Positions 36,192 to 49,371 of a stretch of 64,000 nucleotides of DNA are shown in pieces. Source of the stretch: Bispira polyomma (taxonomy: Eukaryota); the NCBI GenBank assembly GCA_965649765.1, contig OZ287758.1, positions 46,996,001-47,060,000 on the forward strand, written 5' to 3'. The translations under genes and the position numbers were made by a program. Each line of letters opens with the position of its first letter. Position 1 is the stretch's first letter. Under the pieces are notes generated by a model. That model saw only the letters and a program-made list of their open reading frames with translations, made no database searches and was not told where the DNA came from.

Positions 36192-38730
36192 TTATCCCTC
36201 CCCCCCCCCCCCCTCCTTTCCTTCAAACAATAAAATCAATTTTTAAGCCTATGAGCTTTAAGCTTATGTCCTGTCTTGGCAAAACCCTCGGATTTCCATT
36301 CATCATGCATTATTAGTATATATATATAATCGTATTATGACCACGTTTTAAGTCCATGTAGAATGTAAATGGTATATAAAACTTCTAATACACTAACAAC
36401 TTTGACAGTGTCCAATCGTATTATATCAATTTCACCACAAGAGGAGTTTCTCCACTACCTAAATCGTGAACTCTCATCATAAACCATTTTCAGTCCCAAA
36501 TATATATAGTTATTCACAGAGATTAGATCATAAATATATACATCTATACTGATATAAATCATTCCTTTCAAATCTTGTTTCTCCTGAGGTATTAAATGTG
36601 TACACACACAAATAGACAAACATATATATAGCTGACAATATATAACAGGTTTTCTGTTGGTAAATATAGTAGATTCTATATGTGCCATTCCTCTGCAAAG
36701 TACTTGTATATTCTTTATGACACATAGGAACGGGTGGGGGTGAGTGAGAGGGTGGTGGGGGGGCGGTGGTGTCCGGGTACAAGAACTTGTATATATATGT
36801 ATGTATGTGTGTGTGTTTATCTTGTGTATCCAAGACAAACTTAGAAACCAAGTTAGCAGAGTTAGCCTTTCAAAAAGCGCATTGGTAAAAAAAGTATATA
36901 TCTATACTATATATATATAGACAAAAACCCAAATCACAATTCAAATTAATGCTTAAATGTTTGTACATGTAGGTCTTGGCAATACTGATATTTTGATCAG
37001 AGAAAACAAAGGCATATATTTAAATGCATATAAATGTATGTGTTTATAACTGAATGAATATGAATGACGAAAATAGCCTTTTGCTAGGCTAGCATTGGTG
37101 TGTATCGGGAAGAATCACACATAGAACCAGGCATATAGCCATACACAACCACACACACCAAACCACTTCTGTCAAATCAAACGGAAATATTTGCCGGGTG
37201 TATTTTTACAAGCTTTTCAGGATTCAATTTTTTAACATACAGAACTTGACATGTACATTATATATGTATGTGCTTGCTAGAAAGAAAAAAAAATCTATTA
37301 CACAAGACCATCAAAAGGGAGATTTCAAAATACATATATTACTGTAAAGTCTCAGTTAAATGCCTATTTTATACATTACTTTAACAATGTAAAGAATAGC
37401 CTTTTTTGGTCAAAATATCAGAAAAGTATCTCTCAGTGTCAGATTTTATATATTTGTAATATATAACTTATTAATGTTTGTATATTTATAATTTGTTTTG
37501 AAACTTATTTCACCACCCTTTAAAAGCTTGTAAATTCCTTTTAAATTGACATATTTCACGAATGTGTGATTTGACAAATTTCGAGATCCCTCCATCAGTT
37601 TAAACTAGTTTTAATATTACAATTTATATAACTTTTGATATAACCTGTTTTATGTGTTTATGAGGTGAAAGCGCTTTTCTTCTTTACTTTTCTCCAGGAG
37701 ACGGAAGTACACTAATTATGGTGGCCTAGAAGTGCCTCTGTGTGCCTTTGTATTTTTAATCCCCCCCCCCCCCCTGTACATTCTTTCATGTATAATTTCA
37801 TGAAGTAGAAATGTCTCTACCAAAATTACAGACCAGTTAGTCCTTTAGAAAACAATCAACAATGCACTCGTATACTTCACGAGACAAAATGGGCTTTAGA
37901 AATTCCAGTTAAAGCTATAACGTCAACATTGAAGAATGTAATGAGGGTTGTTAATTGGGGGTTGTTGAATGGACCAATCTTTATATGTTACATTTTTGTT
38001 GCCATGTGGCACTTAGGAGATACCATAAAACTTTTATTTGCTTATTTTTTTTATGGGGGTGGGGGGAAAAGAACATTGGGGGGGGGGGAATGTCTGTGGC
38101 ATCTATACATATGTCATGATTGATGACTTACTGTAGGGAGCACTGATACCGTATTCCCATTCAATAGTAAGACTTTCTACATATGAACCAGTACAGCATA
38201 TGTCACTGTGAACTTTACTTTGCCATTTTAATAATAAAGTACAAATAACAGATTTTAAAATTTCAGATTGTTAGAGAAGATTTAGGAAAAAAATTCAGTA
38301 CATGTCAAATTAGGAAACAAATTTAAGACACTGGGACATTGGAATAGTACAATGGGAGTTTACCTAGAGTATTTTCAAGACTAAATTGTTGATGGTCTGG
38401 TAACATAGTGGGGCTCAATTTGGAGGTAATATGGTGACAAAAGTGAGTGCGTTTTTTTTTTTTTTACATATACTATGGTACATAGATTACACTACTATAT
38501 TACACACATTTTTGTGTTGTGTATGAAGAATCTGTGAGTGAGGAAATATCATAGGCAATAAAACCAAGAAGTGGTGGTTGTAAATCTTATAGTCTGTGTG
38601 TAGCCTTTCTCCAGGCTTGTATAAATACATATTCACTTAATTCTATTGAAATACACGTCTTCTTAAGTCTTCCTATATTTAATTTGTGTCTGTATGTTAA
38701 TGTTTACTTGGACTTTATTATCTATACTTA

Positions 38731-38867
38731 AAACCAGCGGCCCACTGTAAGGAACCACCACCTTTCCCACATAGACATCGACAGGATTAGAACTCACGCC
38801 GCCCAGAGGTGAGAGACCAGTGATTGTGAAGCGCAAAGCTTGCTAACCACTAGGTTACCGCAGCCCC
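38731..38867 (-). mobile_element. SINE family A 5' half
   Basis: Reverse complement of ggggctgcggtaacctagtggttagcaagc...tatgtgggaaaggtggtggttccttacagtgggccgctggttt. Confidence 0.85.
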
Positions 38868-39032
38868 TAATCAGTTGTTTTGTCTGAACTTTCAAGTTGT
38901 GTTGTAGACAATGTCAATAAACAATTTGGGGCCTTTAGAAAGACTAGCCTTTAGGTGATATAAGTACACAGGGCCCCTGGAACAACTGACCACCACAAGC
39001 ACTTAATGTTAGAATCATAGCTGTGGCATAAA

Positions 39033-39081
<49 letters not shown>

Positions 39082-39550
39082 TTTTTGGGGGGGGAGGGGG
39101 GGGGGAGGCACACGTGTTGGTCTGAGGCCCATGCTAGTCTTGTTCAGACGTTACTTTAATCATTTAAATAGTTAATCTAATCTAAGCCTTTATCCCCCAC
39201 ACACAAACAAGTTTAACTACCAATTCTTATCATCGCCACTTCGAAATTAGAACATCATCTCTTGATGGACTTACTTGAATGTGTAAATTGGTGGGTAAAT
39301 TAAATACAACCTTGCCAGGATGGAAAGGAAATAATGGCACTTATTGAGCCTTAAAGGGGCTACATTATGTGTAACACTTTAAAATCGTTTACATGGGGTC
39401 AATCATATAGTAACAACATAAGTTTTAGTGAATAAGTTGCTTTGTCTGTATGTGTGAATGTGTGTCTGTGTGTTATAAATCATGTGTTATCACCAAATGT
39501 CTTGTCCTTGTATCTGAATGTCAGTAGCCCTGCCTAATCAAACTATTGCA

Positions 39551-39770
39551 TTTGAATTGATTTGAATTCAGTTGGTGTCAACAACTTGGGTCATATCACA
39601 ATGGCCAGATTTAATAGTCAAACAATATCTGTGTAAACCACAAGCCCATTACAAGTACCTGATCAAACTTTCCCATATTCAAGGAAAGAACGGGATTCGA
39701 ACCCACATAGGTGAGAGGTCAGTGATTAGAAAGCGAACAATTAAAACCACTAAGCACCACCACAGCCCCA
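39551..39770 (-). mobile_element. SINE family B copy
   Basis: ggtcatatcacaatggccagattt...aagtacctga.caaactttcccat...gggattcgaacccacataggtgagaggtcagtgatt. Confidence 0.75.
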
Positions 39771-41585
39771 AAGTTTGTACAGGAAATTTGTATACCACTG
39801 ATTGTGCCATTTCCCTACGTGAAGATAAAAAGTAGAATTTATTTGATAAATACAAATTTTTGTTGCAATTGGCCACGAGACTGCGAGGTTTTAGTGGACC
39901 TTTACTTCATTCGCTACTGTAGTCATTATGTATATAAATGATAAGCCCCCCCCCCCCCCCCCTCCACCCCCCCCCCCACCCACCCCACCCCCAACAAAAA
40001 AACAACAAATCTCTGAATATATTTCCAGACACGAAAGAATGCATCATTTCTATATCTTATTTATCTTCTTTTCATGTCTGTCTTAGAAATAGATCTTTAC
40101 TACTTTTCCTCTTTTTTTTTTCTTGGTAACGAAACGATTGTGTTTTTTGGCTCTACTGTGAAACCTCCAAATTGTGCCACCCACTGTAAAACCTCTAAAT
40201 TGTGCCACACACTTGGTGAGATCATTTTACCTATACTAAAAAGCACTCCATATACACACAGTATGTATTATTGCCCCTAACTTATTTTTATACTGCTGAC
40301 AAATGAATGTGATAGGTATAATTTAAAACCATCTACATTTTACCTGGAAATTAAGTTTGTCAGTACTTTTCGTGTATTTGCAGGTAAGATACTAGTAAAT
40401 TAAGATAACAAAACCACATAAAGCTGTGACATTTCCTCTTCAGAATGGTTACCAATCTCACTTCATGTATAGAGCCTTAATCCCACACCCCTCACCGAGT
40501 GCAGTGATAGGCCCTGCCTTCCACCTATTCTGTTATATATAGAAATGGATGGATTTTTTTTTTACTTTCTACAATTATATTTTTTCCATTTCTATTGAGT
40601 TATTATGTACAAAATGTACCAGTATATAGGTACCATTGTACTTGGTGGAAAATCAATTTACCAAAGTATTCTACAATGATTTTGACTACTTTACCTTAGA
40701 GTGTATAAGTGTGGTACTGTACCATTTGATACTTACTCGGATTTAGAAAAAAATACTGTCAAATATGTGTATTTTTGTAGGTATTATGTATTGTCAGCAC
40801 TATATTATCTTGTTCATGACGATATTATACACTAATTGGTTGATTTATGAAATAAATGTGTTTTGTGCTTGTTGGTATTGGTGATCTATTAGTTTTTAAA
40901 AGCATTTTCAAGGCGAGGGTGAACTGGGTCCTGTTGAATATCAATACAAGGTGAACACGGTGAAAATATCTAATAGCTTTTGCAAACTAACTTGAGACAC
41001 CCCACAAAGTTTCCTATTTATTATTTTGGGTAAATGGTGACACCGCACGTTCAAAGATATCTAGACGTGTAATAATGAAACAACCTACACGAGCACGTTA
41101 TAGGTTTAACAAACCGCTCAGTTTCTTGTATCACAATGTCCCCGTATACGTTTATAAGCCCCAAAAATGTCTTCATTACTTTTGGCGTTCATTGTATAAA
41201 TGTGTCAGTTTTCCCGTGTTTTATAAAGGCACTTTAGTGAGCTAGCTAATATCATAGTGTTACAAGGTTGTAGGTTTGACTCTTTCTTGACTCACTGTAA
41301 AAGTCTTAAAATTAGCCCTCTAATTTAACAAGTCTTTAAAATCCATAGTGGGAATTTATGCTAGTGAAATTATTCTAAAAAAAATGTGGAATTGTAGGTA
41401 AATTTTCCATTTACATACATTATTAGGATTAGGGAAGTGCTTGACATTTGTAGAATTTTCTCTTTTTCCCCAAAAAAAATTTAGAAATACATATACCTAT
41501 GAATGCTACATTTAAAGCTCACCTATAATTCAAATAACACTTGTCTAGCCAAAAAAAAACCCTTGAGCCCCCGGAAAGGCTAAAT

Positions 41586-41706
41586 TGACGTCATAGTGGT
41601 CAACAACAAGGTACAAAATCAATATCCAGGCACCAGGCTTGTTAGTGGTCAACTCAAATCCCCAGGCCACCAGCATGTGTGTGTGAAGTAGAGCTTGATG
41701 ACGTCA
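41586..41706. promoter_or_regulatory. Candidate enhancer with paired CRE palindromes
   Basis: Perfect TGACGTCA at 41586-41593 and 41699-41706, with tagtggtcaac duplicated between them. Confidence 0.35.
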
Positions 41707-43025
41707 ATCAACTATTGTTGAAAGGATCATCTCTGTACAAGGGCCTTAGCTTTCTGCTGATTTGAACAGGCACGATGAATTAATCAAGAGAAAGCCTTTG
41801 ACAGGGCAGCTGAAGTGAAAATATGAGAAATCTGTGAGAGATCACACTCAGGATCGATAAATCTGGAAACAGAATGCAGTTTGAGGTCAACCTTAAAGTC
41901 CATACTTTAGTAAACAGTAAGATTGGGAGATTGTAATAGGAAATCAGAGAGAGAACATTGGAGATCACTGATTATTTTCTTTGGACAACAGACTCTATTT
42001 TGAAAAAGTATATAATGGAACTGCTTTGTTTATTTCTAGAATTCCAAGCGTTAAATGTGAGAGGTTATTTTGCCTGTTATAAGAGTAGAGCTCTACTAAA
42101 GTAATATGAAAAGATGAGTATTAACCAGTATTTTCAAAAACATATTGATACAGCCATTTTGTTAATAAGTTATTTAGAAAATACAAAGTACATTTAGGTT
42201 TAATGCCACCATAACTTAAAGTTATGGAGATTAAATTTTCCTCCTTTTGCCGGTTACTGTTGCAGCTTTCATTTCCACCTGCCTTCCGGTCAGAGAAGGA
42301 AAACAACATCACGTGATGATCATGTGATCATTAGTTTAGGGGCAGCCTGTCAAAACCGCGTATTAATCAATAATAGCCCTTCTGTAATTTGCATAATCTG
42401 CCTTTTGTTACAGTATCCTGGAGTTTCTTTTGTCCAGTGAGCCTAAAAGGCTGTAAATGAGGTAGAAAATTAACTATTTACTTTGTGTCATTCGAGTATT
42501 TTGTAATATGAGAAAAATGCTAATTAACTATTCATGGAACTGCATCTGATGTAAATGTACCAACAGCTGAATATGATATGCTGTATTGAAGAATCATGTT
42601 CCACCGAAAGAAGACTTCATTCAGCTCAGACTTAGCTGCAAGTGACCACTCATTTGAAAAAAAATAGCTTTTAACAACAAATTGAAATATGCAATTTACA
42701 TGCATTTGATGTATGATTCTATTTTGCCAGAACTATGGAGGTCTAAGATTTGATCTTTCACCCTCAGTTGTACTGTCAGATTATTAGAGAAACCTACCCC
42801 ACAGGTTAACACTTCTTTTAAGATGTCTTGTAAAAGACAATGGCTCAAATCCTGCTTAGTTGAATGAATATTTTGCATTTGCTTGATGTTAGTTTTGACA
42901 CTTTTTATATCATGCTGTAGGAAATTATATGCTCCCTGTGTCTGTGCTCCCCGTGTAGCTTCATTTACAAATTTTGAACTTCAGCGTGAAGAATAAGACA
43001 GGAAGCTAGCTATAGAATGAAATTT

Positions 43026-43065
<40 letters not shown>

Positions 43066-46000
43066 TCTTTTAAAATTGCATTGACAAATATGTAGTTTCT
43101 AGAAAAAAACGTTATGCACTTATATACGTTTGGCCATTATCGAAGTTCTGATGTCAATTTGGGATTATGTAATGCCAAAGTGAAGCAGGCAGTATTTATG
43201 ATCATAGAACGACTATTTTATAGTGGGATAATTGCACACCATGTTTATGGCCAAATCTCCTTTTTAATATCCCGCTAATTACCCTACGCAATGGTCATAC
43301 CCTTAAGGGAATGGCCACACCAAATTTCCTTCTTTGTGAAACAAAGGTAAGAAGGAAATAAAGTTCCTATTGTGTAGTGTCCAATTTTGAAGCACTCTAG
43401 TGGAATCGAGATGTTTACAAAGGAGCTCACATGAATATTCATGAGATTGTCTTCCTTGTGCATATGTGTGCATGTCACTTCTTCATATCTGTGTGTCACC
43501 TATGACCTACTTCTAAAAATAAGGCATTTAAAACAATCGAGTGTGAACAATAATCAGCGTATACAATCAAAGGGGATTTTTGTGTACAAAAGAACCTGGG
43601 TCTATTGATTTAATGGTAAACTTGTTAATATGATAAACTGATATTGATGAGGGGAGGTTTTTTGAAGGATGCACAATCTAGATATTCTTTACAATCAGCT
43701 GCTAGTTGCATTTGAACAGAGATGCAAATACTTGCTCTCAGATTTGTATGACATCATATTCTGTAATAAGTGACATTTATCTTTGCATTTTAAATCATCT
43801 AAGTGCATTGGCATTGCATCATTTTGTTTCTGTTTACATAGTCATTTACTAACTTGGCATTACATATTGCAGGATTGCATATGTAAGACCTGCCATAAAA
43901 AAATCTAGCACACAATTGTACACTTTGCAGAGTAAAACTAACCCCATATGTATTTACCTTCCAATTTTTGTCTTATTTTTCAAGGCTTTCACGTTACAAA
44001 GTTTTATGAAAAATATAATGGACAGTTTGCAAAACATATCAATATCAGGGTATTGTTGGTTGGTCAGTGTTGTGAAAAACTTTACCCTGTACGTTTGGTA
44101 TTCCAATTTCCCTTATTTTTAGGACTATCAAATATCAAAAGATGTCATTGGTATCAGCGCATTACTGGGTTGGTCAATTTTGTGCTAAACTGGTTAGCCT
44201 GGAGCACAAGTGGCTGGTCATTACTCTCAAATACTTTACACTATAATATGTTTTGTGTTCTATTTTCTCTCATTTTCTTAAAACAAGGCTATTAAATTTA
44301 TATATATTAAAGTTTATTATTGTTAATTTAAATATAATAGAAACTTCTTTGCAAACGTCTCAAATGTATCAGTGCTTCATTGTGTTTGTCAGTTTTGTCA
44401 AATGCTTTACCCTATTTGATTTACATTCTAATTTCACATTATTTTCAAAATATCAAATTATAAAAGTTTATTATTGTTTATTTATATCAAAAATAGACGG
44501 CTTCAAAAGGTACACCCCAATAATGGATTATTGGGTTGGTTAGTTTTGTCAACTGCTTTACCATGGGTCTTTGTTTCTAAGAGCTTGAGTGTACTAGTTA
44601 ACCTACATACAGAGGTAAGTATTGTACACCTGTCAGAACCTGGTAACATTTAGTCTCTTACTTTAAAAAGGATAATACCATCAATCTCTTCACACACCTG
44701 ATTGCACTGGTATATTAGTTCTTTTGTTGTCCACAAGGTGGCGACCTTTAGTAGACCAAAGTACACACACATGTATAGGTGTCTTCCTCTGGGAGTGAGT
44801 ATTTTTCCACATACCCTTATATACATCTATATTTTTATGTATGGGTTAAACTTAATGAAAAAAAATATTCATTTTTAAGTTGCAAAAATGATGGATCAAA
44901 TGATAAAACCAAGGACTATTTTGATGTGTGATGATGAATTGCAAGCAACTATTTCTGATCAAAAACACATTTATTGATTATGCTGATGACTTTTGTTTTT
45001 TTGTTATTCAATGTAATTTAATCAACTTAGCTTTATATATTTTAAGGCTAAGAACAAATCCTCAAGTCCTTTACTTTGTGTCAATATCTCACAATGTGGA
45101 TTCTCATTCTGGTTTTAAGCTTCTAGCAAATATTTTCTTAGAAGATGGTATATCCTCAATACCAGAAAAGAAAACACTCCATTTCGTTTTTAATTTTTAT
45201 TTAAATCAAGAAAATAAATATCAAGAAAATTCAATATATTGTTTTTCTTTTTGAAACACAAGGTAGAAAATACACAACATTTTAAGTCTTTCTCTTAAGG
45301 CTTATTTTTTGGCTCACATTATCAGATATATAACTCAATGTCAACCCGTCCCCCTATTGTATGGGGTAAAATTCCATGGACGGTTTTGTTATTTCTAGCT
45401 ACAATAGAATGAATTAGTGACATCCTTTCCTATCGACCTTCACCCTTAATACAAATGTATGTGTACACACTCAAAATGAAATGTTTATTTACCACCAAAT
45501 AGGATATTGTTAAAAGGGACAATATGGTGGAAAAAACTTTTGCAATTCTCACTGATAATATTTAGAAGACTGCTTTTCTGTAATACCATTAACTTTTAAT
45601 GCTTGCTATGGGTTTCCTCAGATTGCTGCTACTTATTCAGCCAAACTCTCTTATGTTTTATAGATTAAATATTTAAATTTAATTTTCAATTAGAAAATAA
45701 AAAGTGCTATTAAAAAGTGAAACTATTATTGACATGTAACATTTGCTGGACCACACAATCTTATTTAAAAACACAGGTTGCACACCTTTATGAGACAATT
45801 CAAACTTTGAATATTTTGAGCATATAATTTAAAGTACTTGTAAGCACCATGAACATGCATTAATATTTTACTACTGACTTTCTTCAAACACATGACCAGA
45901 ATTTGTTCTAGAAACACTAAAATAGCAAACATAGAGCATTGAGGGAGGGTTAGAAAAACAGTTATGATTACTGAAGGGATCATAAAAAAAGTTAAGCTAC

Positions 46001-48805
46001 CTGTTCAGCAGTGAGACACTATCACATTAACACCTTGTTAGCACTAAATTGTGTAAACTGGCTTGTTGTACAAGGGTGTAAGAGGCTGTTTCGTTAAATG
46101 TGTTCTTTGTTGAAGCAACAATTAATTCAGTTAATGGTTAAATAATATACATATCACACAATAACAAGTGTTCCCAACAGCTACAGAAAATGTATGTCTT
46201 GCTGGAAAATACTTTGCTTTTAATTCTTGCAAAGCATAGATATTATGCTAGAGCTAATACATGTACATCTACTTACAACTTCTTTACTAGCAGACCATAT
46301 TAATAACATGAGAGAGATATATGCTACATGTATATTACATCACTGTTAACCAGACACTATTCAGTTAGAAATACTTGAATTAAAGTTGTTTTGAAGCTGT
46401 TGGGTTGTTTCAGATTGTGATTGCTATATATATCTATCTCTGAGCCTGAGATATTCTTAATCATGTGTACTCAGTGTACCAGCTGTTATAGTCTGTACTC
46501 CTGACCAAAGCTATTGCAATTGATATTTTTATTTATGAATAGACCTGTGAAAACTTTTTATGCATATTTGTGGAAATATGTGGCAAAATCCCAAATAAGC
46601 TCATACTAATCTTGCCCAACTATTTTATATACATATACTTGGACACACTAAACATCTATGAATCACCCCTATACAAGCTGAAGTCCCCCCGACCCCCCAG
46701 TCATCCTGCTGTTCTTAATGTAACAATACACATTCTGATAGCCCATAGTTTTTTTGGGTAAACCAACTGTGAATATCTACAACGCATACTTTTCAGCACA
46801 TATGCTGTCACAAACAAAGCGATGGTTCTATTTTAACCTCCATACCATTCCCCACCACTCTTTGCTTTACAAGCAGGCACTGACCTTCGGATGACCCCTT
46901 TTTACTCAAACAACACATGTTTTTGTTTCCCCAATGCGATTGTATTGGTATAAAACCTGTAACCTAGATCTGTGTGTGTGTGTTGGTGGTGGTCATCCAA
47001 GGGACAAGAACTTTACATGCCCCCCCCCCCCCCCAACCCCAAGAGTTACGCATCTTATTTCAGAGCTGTAAACTCTCAAACAACCAGTACTCTCCCTTTA
47101 TGACGTAACAGGCTTTATTTTATGGGGTAGTAACGCACACAGCTGGCTTTCAAAGCATTGTGGGGCGGTTGGACGGCAGCCATCTTGTTTTTTCTAAAGT
47201 GCATGTAATTTCTTGTAGAGATTTGCCTACTCGTTCACTTTGTTATATTAGAGTTAAGACTTTATTCAGTTTTGTTGCGGTGTCAAAACAGTGTTCAAGA
47301 CATGCAAAAAACACTCATATGAAATATTAAACTTTCTCAACCCCAGTGACTGGAATTCTCTGGTATACATACAAGCAGCTTTATATACATGTACTGAAAG
47401 TTTTATATTATATTTATTTACCTTTTTAAGCAATCCTTACCTTATTATGTATTTATGTTGTCAAATATAGATGTCTTTGATTTAATGTTTGTTCAAATAA
47501 CTTGTAGTCCACTCAATACACTATTGGTAATTAATCTATGTAATCATTTCCACTGAATTTTTATAACATGTGTAACATTACACAGCATCTTAGCCAACAT
47601 AGATTTTATAAAACAGATTGCTTTATAAAAACATTTCCTTGGCTGACAATATTGCCATTTTAGCTCTGTTATTGATGTATGAAGATTCATATATTTAATT
47701 TTAAAACTAAATAGTGTTAATAAGTTTGACTATAAACTCATATAAACTTTTAATATCTTGTATTGTTGTTCAAGGCATATTTTAGCCAAATAAATCTACT
47801 AGAATCACTTATACCGCCTTAAAACATTGAATTGAGCATGGTTTTCTCACAAAAGAAATCCCATATAGCACATTTTTTTCATTTGTTTACGGTTAAACTT
47901 ATTTAATCTTATCATAACAAACCATGTTATGTTTTTGGATTTTTTTTCTATTTTAGTTCATTTATTTATTTATATCCACGTTTTATATGCCTTTAGACAC
48001 ACATAAATCATTCGATAGCTATTGCAAACTTGAATTTATGTAAGTGGCAATTTTTTATAACACATATACAGTACAGGATTATATCAGATATTGTTCCTTG
48101 TACTCTTATATGCCAATATTCAATACTTACATTGCTTCAACCTTACATTTTTTAAACATGTATTACATATATAGAGATATTCCATGTATATATTGGTGAA
48201 TTCTGACTTCATTAGTATGCTATCAATATCCATTGAATCATATTCACAGCTGAACTTGATTAAGGCTTGAAAATCAACTCTTTAGTTTTTTAGGTAAAAT
48301 GCTATTAATTACATGTTTCTTTTCAATTTGATCAATTTTAATGGCTAAATTTAGTTATGGCCTTACTCATTTAAACAGATGCAATATATTTCATAAATAT
48401 ATTTTAAAAATACTTTTTCCCCTATAAACTGCCAATTTGATCTATAATTTCTTTTATTATGGCTACTAATAAGCCAGCACCATTGTAGATAGAAAAATAT
48501 CAAATGACACCTTTTGTAAAAGTAAGTTTTGTCTTCCATATTCGCCTTATAATGCCATTCTCTTGTGCTATTTATCCATTTAAATCAAAGTTTACACCAC
48601 TTAAAAGTCAAATAAACAGATATTTACAAGTACAACCAATTGTTACTGCAAAGTTTCTCGGGATTAATATTATTACATGGAAAATAGCAATATAAAGATC
48701 ACTCAACTAGTTTAGTTTCTGGATCAAATTTGACAAGTTTTTTTGCTAGTCAATCACATCAGTTTGCGATAATATAGGCTAAAGTTTTACATTCAAAATT
48801 CTTAC

Positions 48806-49110
48806 CTTTATGTGGTGGAATTTTCTTCGAATTTTCTTTCTCCAGCTTTTTCTTCCCAACAAACTTCACTATTCCCGCGTTTTCTGTCTGTCAAAAGTCG
48901 TCTGCTGGGCCATCTTTTCTTCTTTACGCTGTCATTTTTTTTTAGAAAAAAAAAACACTTTTCCCCTGCCTTCCACCACACCATCTTAGCTTTTGTTAAT
49001 TGTCGTCTGCTTTCCACTTAATGGTTTTGTGTTTGTATCGCCAATGAGGTAGTTGATCGCCCAGCTGATCAACCCCACAACTAGCCGCCCAGTCGGAAGT
49101 ATAGATTATT
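48806..49110 (-). promoter_or_regulatory. Candidate promoter and non-coding first exon
   Basis: ETS-like cggaagt, GC box ccgccc and CCAAT cluster at about 49040-49100. Two AAGATGG (YY1-like) motifs lie downstream on the minus strand, followed by a consensus donor AAG|GTAAGA at 48806/48805. Confidence 0.4.
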
Positions 49111-49320
49111 TCTGTCTGCTCATGTTAAACACCTTGCTAACTTGTTACACGTGTCCAAGCAATTTATAAACTTGTAAGTTAAACTTCATTTTATAGGATT
49201 TACAAAATAAACATTAAAGTAATGTCTCCCAAATTGTGACCTATTTGTTTCCATGTTTACAAACATGAAATAATGCACGGTCGAATTTTACCGAAAAGGA
49301 AAATACCCCTGTTCCTCCGT

Positions 49321-49322
<2 letters not shown>

Positions 49323-49368
<46 letters not shown>
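49323..49368. repeat. (TA)n microsatellite followed by (TG)n
   Basis: Direct observation. Confidence 0.95.

Positions 49369-49371
<3 letters not shown>

Noticed and set aside
40336-40392. miR-8/200-like hairpin
   Set aside because: The stem is too short, the loop too large, and the seed does not match TAATACTG.
44928-44998. Box C/D snoRNA (gtgatga...ctga)
   Set aside because: No clear terminal stem or convincing rRNA guide. Such boxes are common by chance in AT-rich DNA.
49045-49075. let-7-like microRNA (TGAGGTAGTTG...)
   Set aside because: Only the seed region matches. The local stem (gttgatc/gatcaac) is 7 bp, not a pre-miRNA hairpin.
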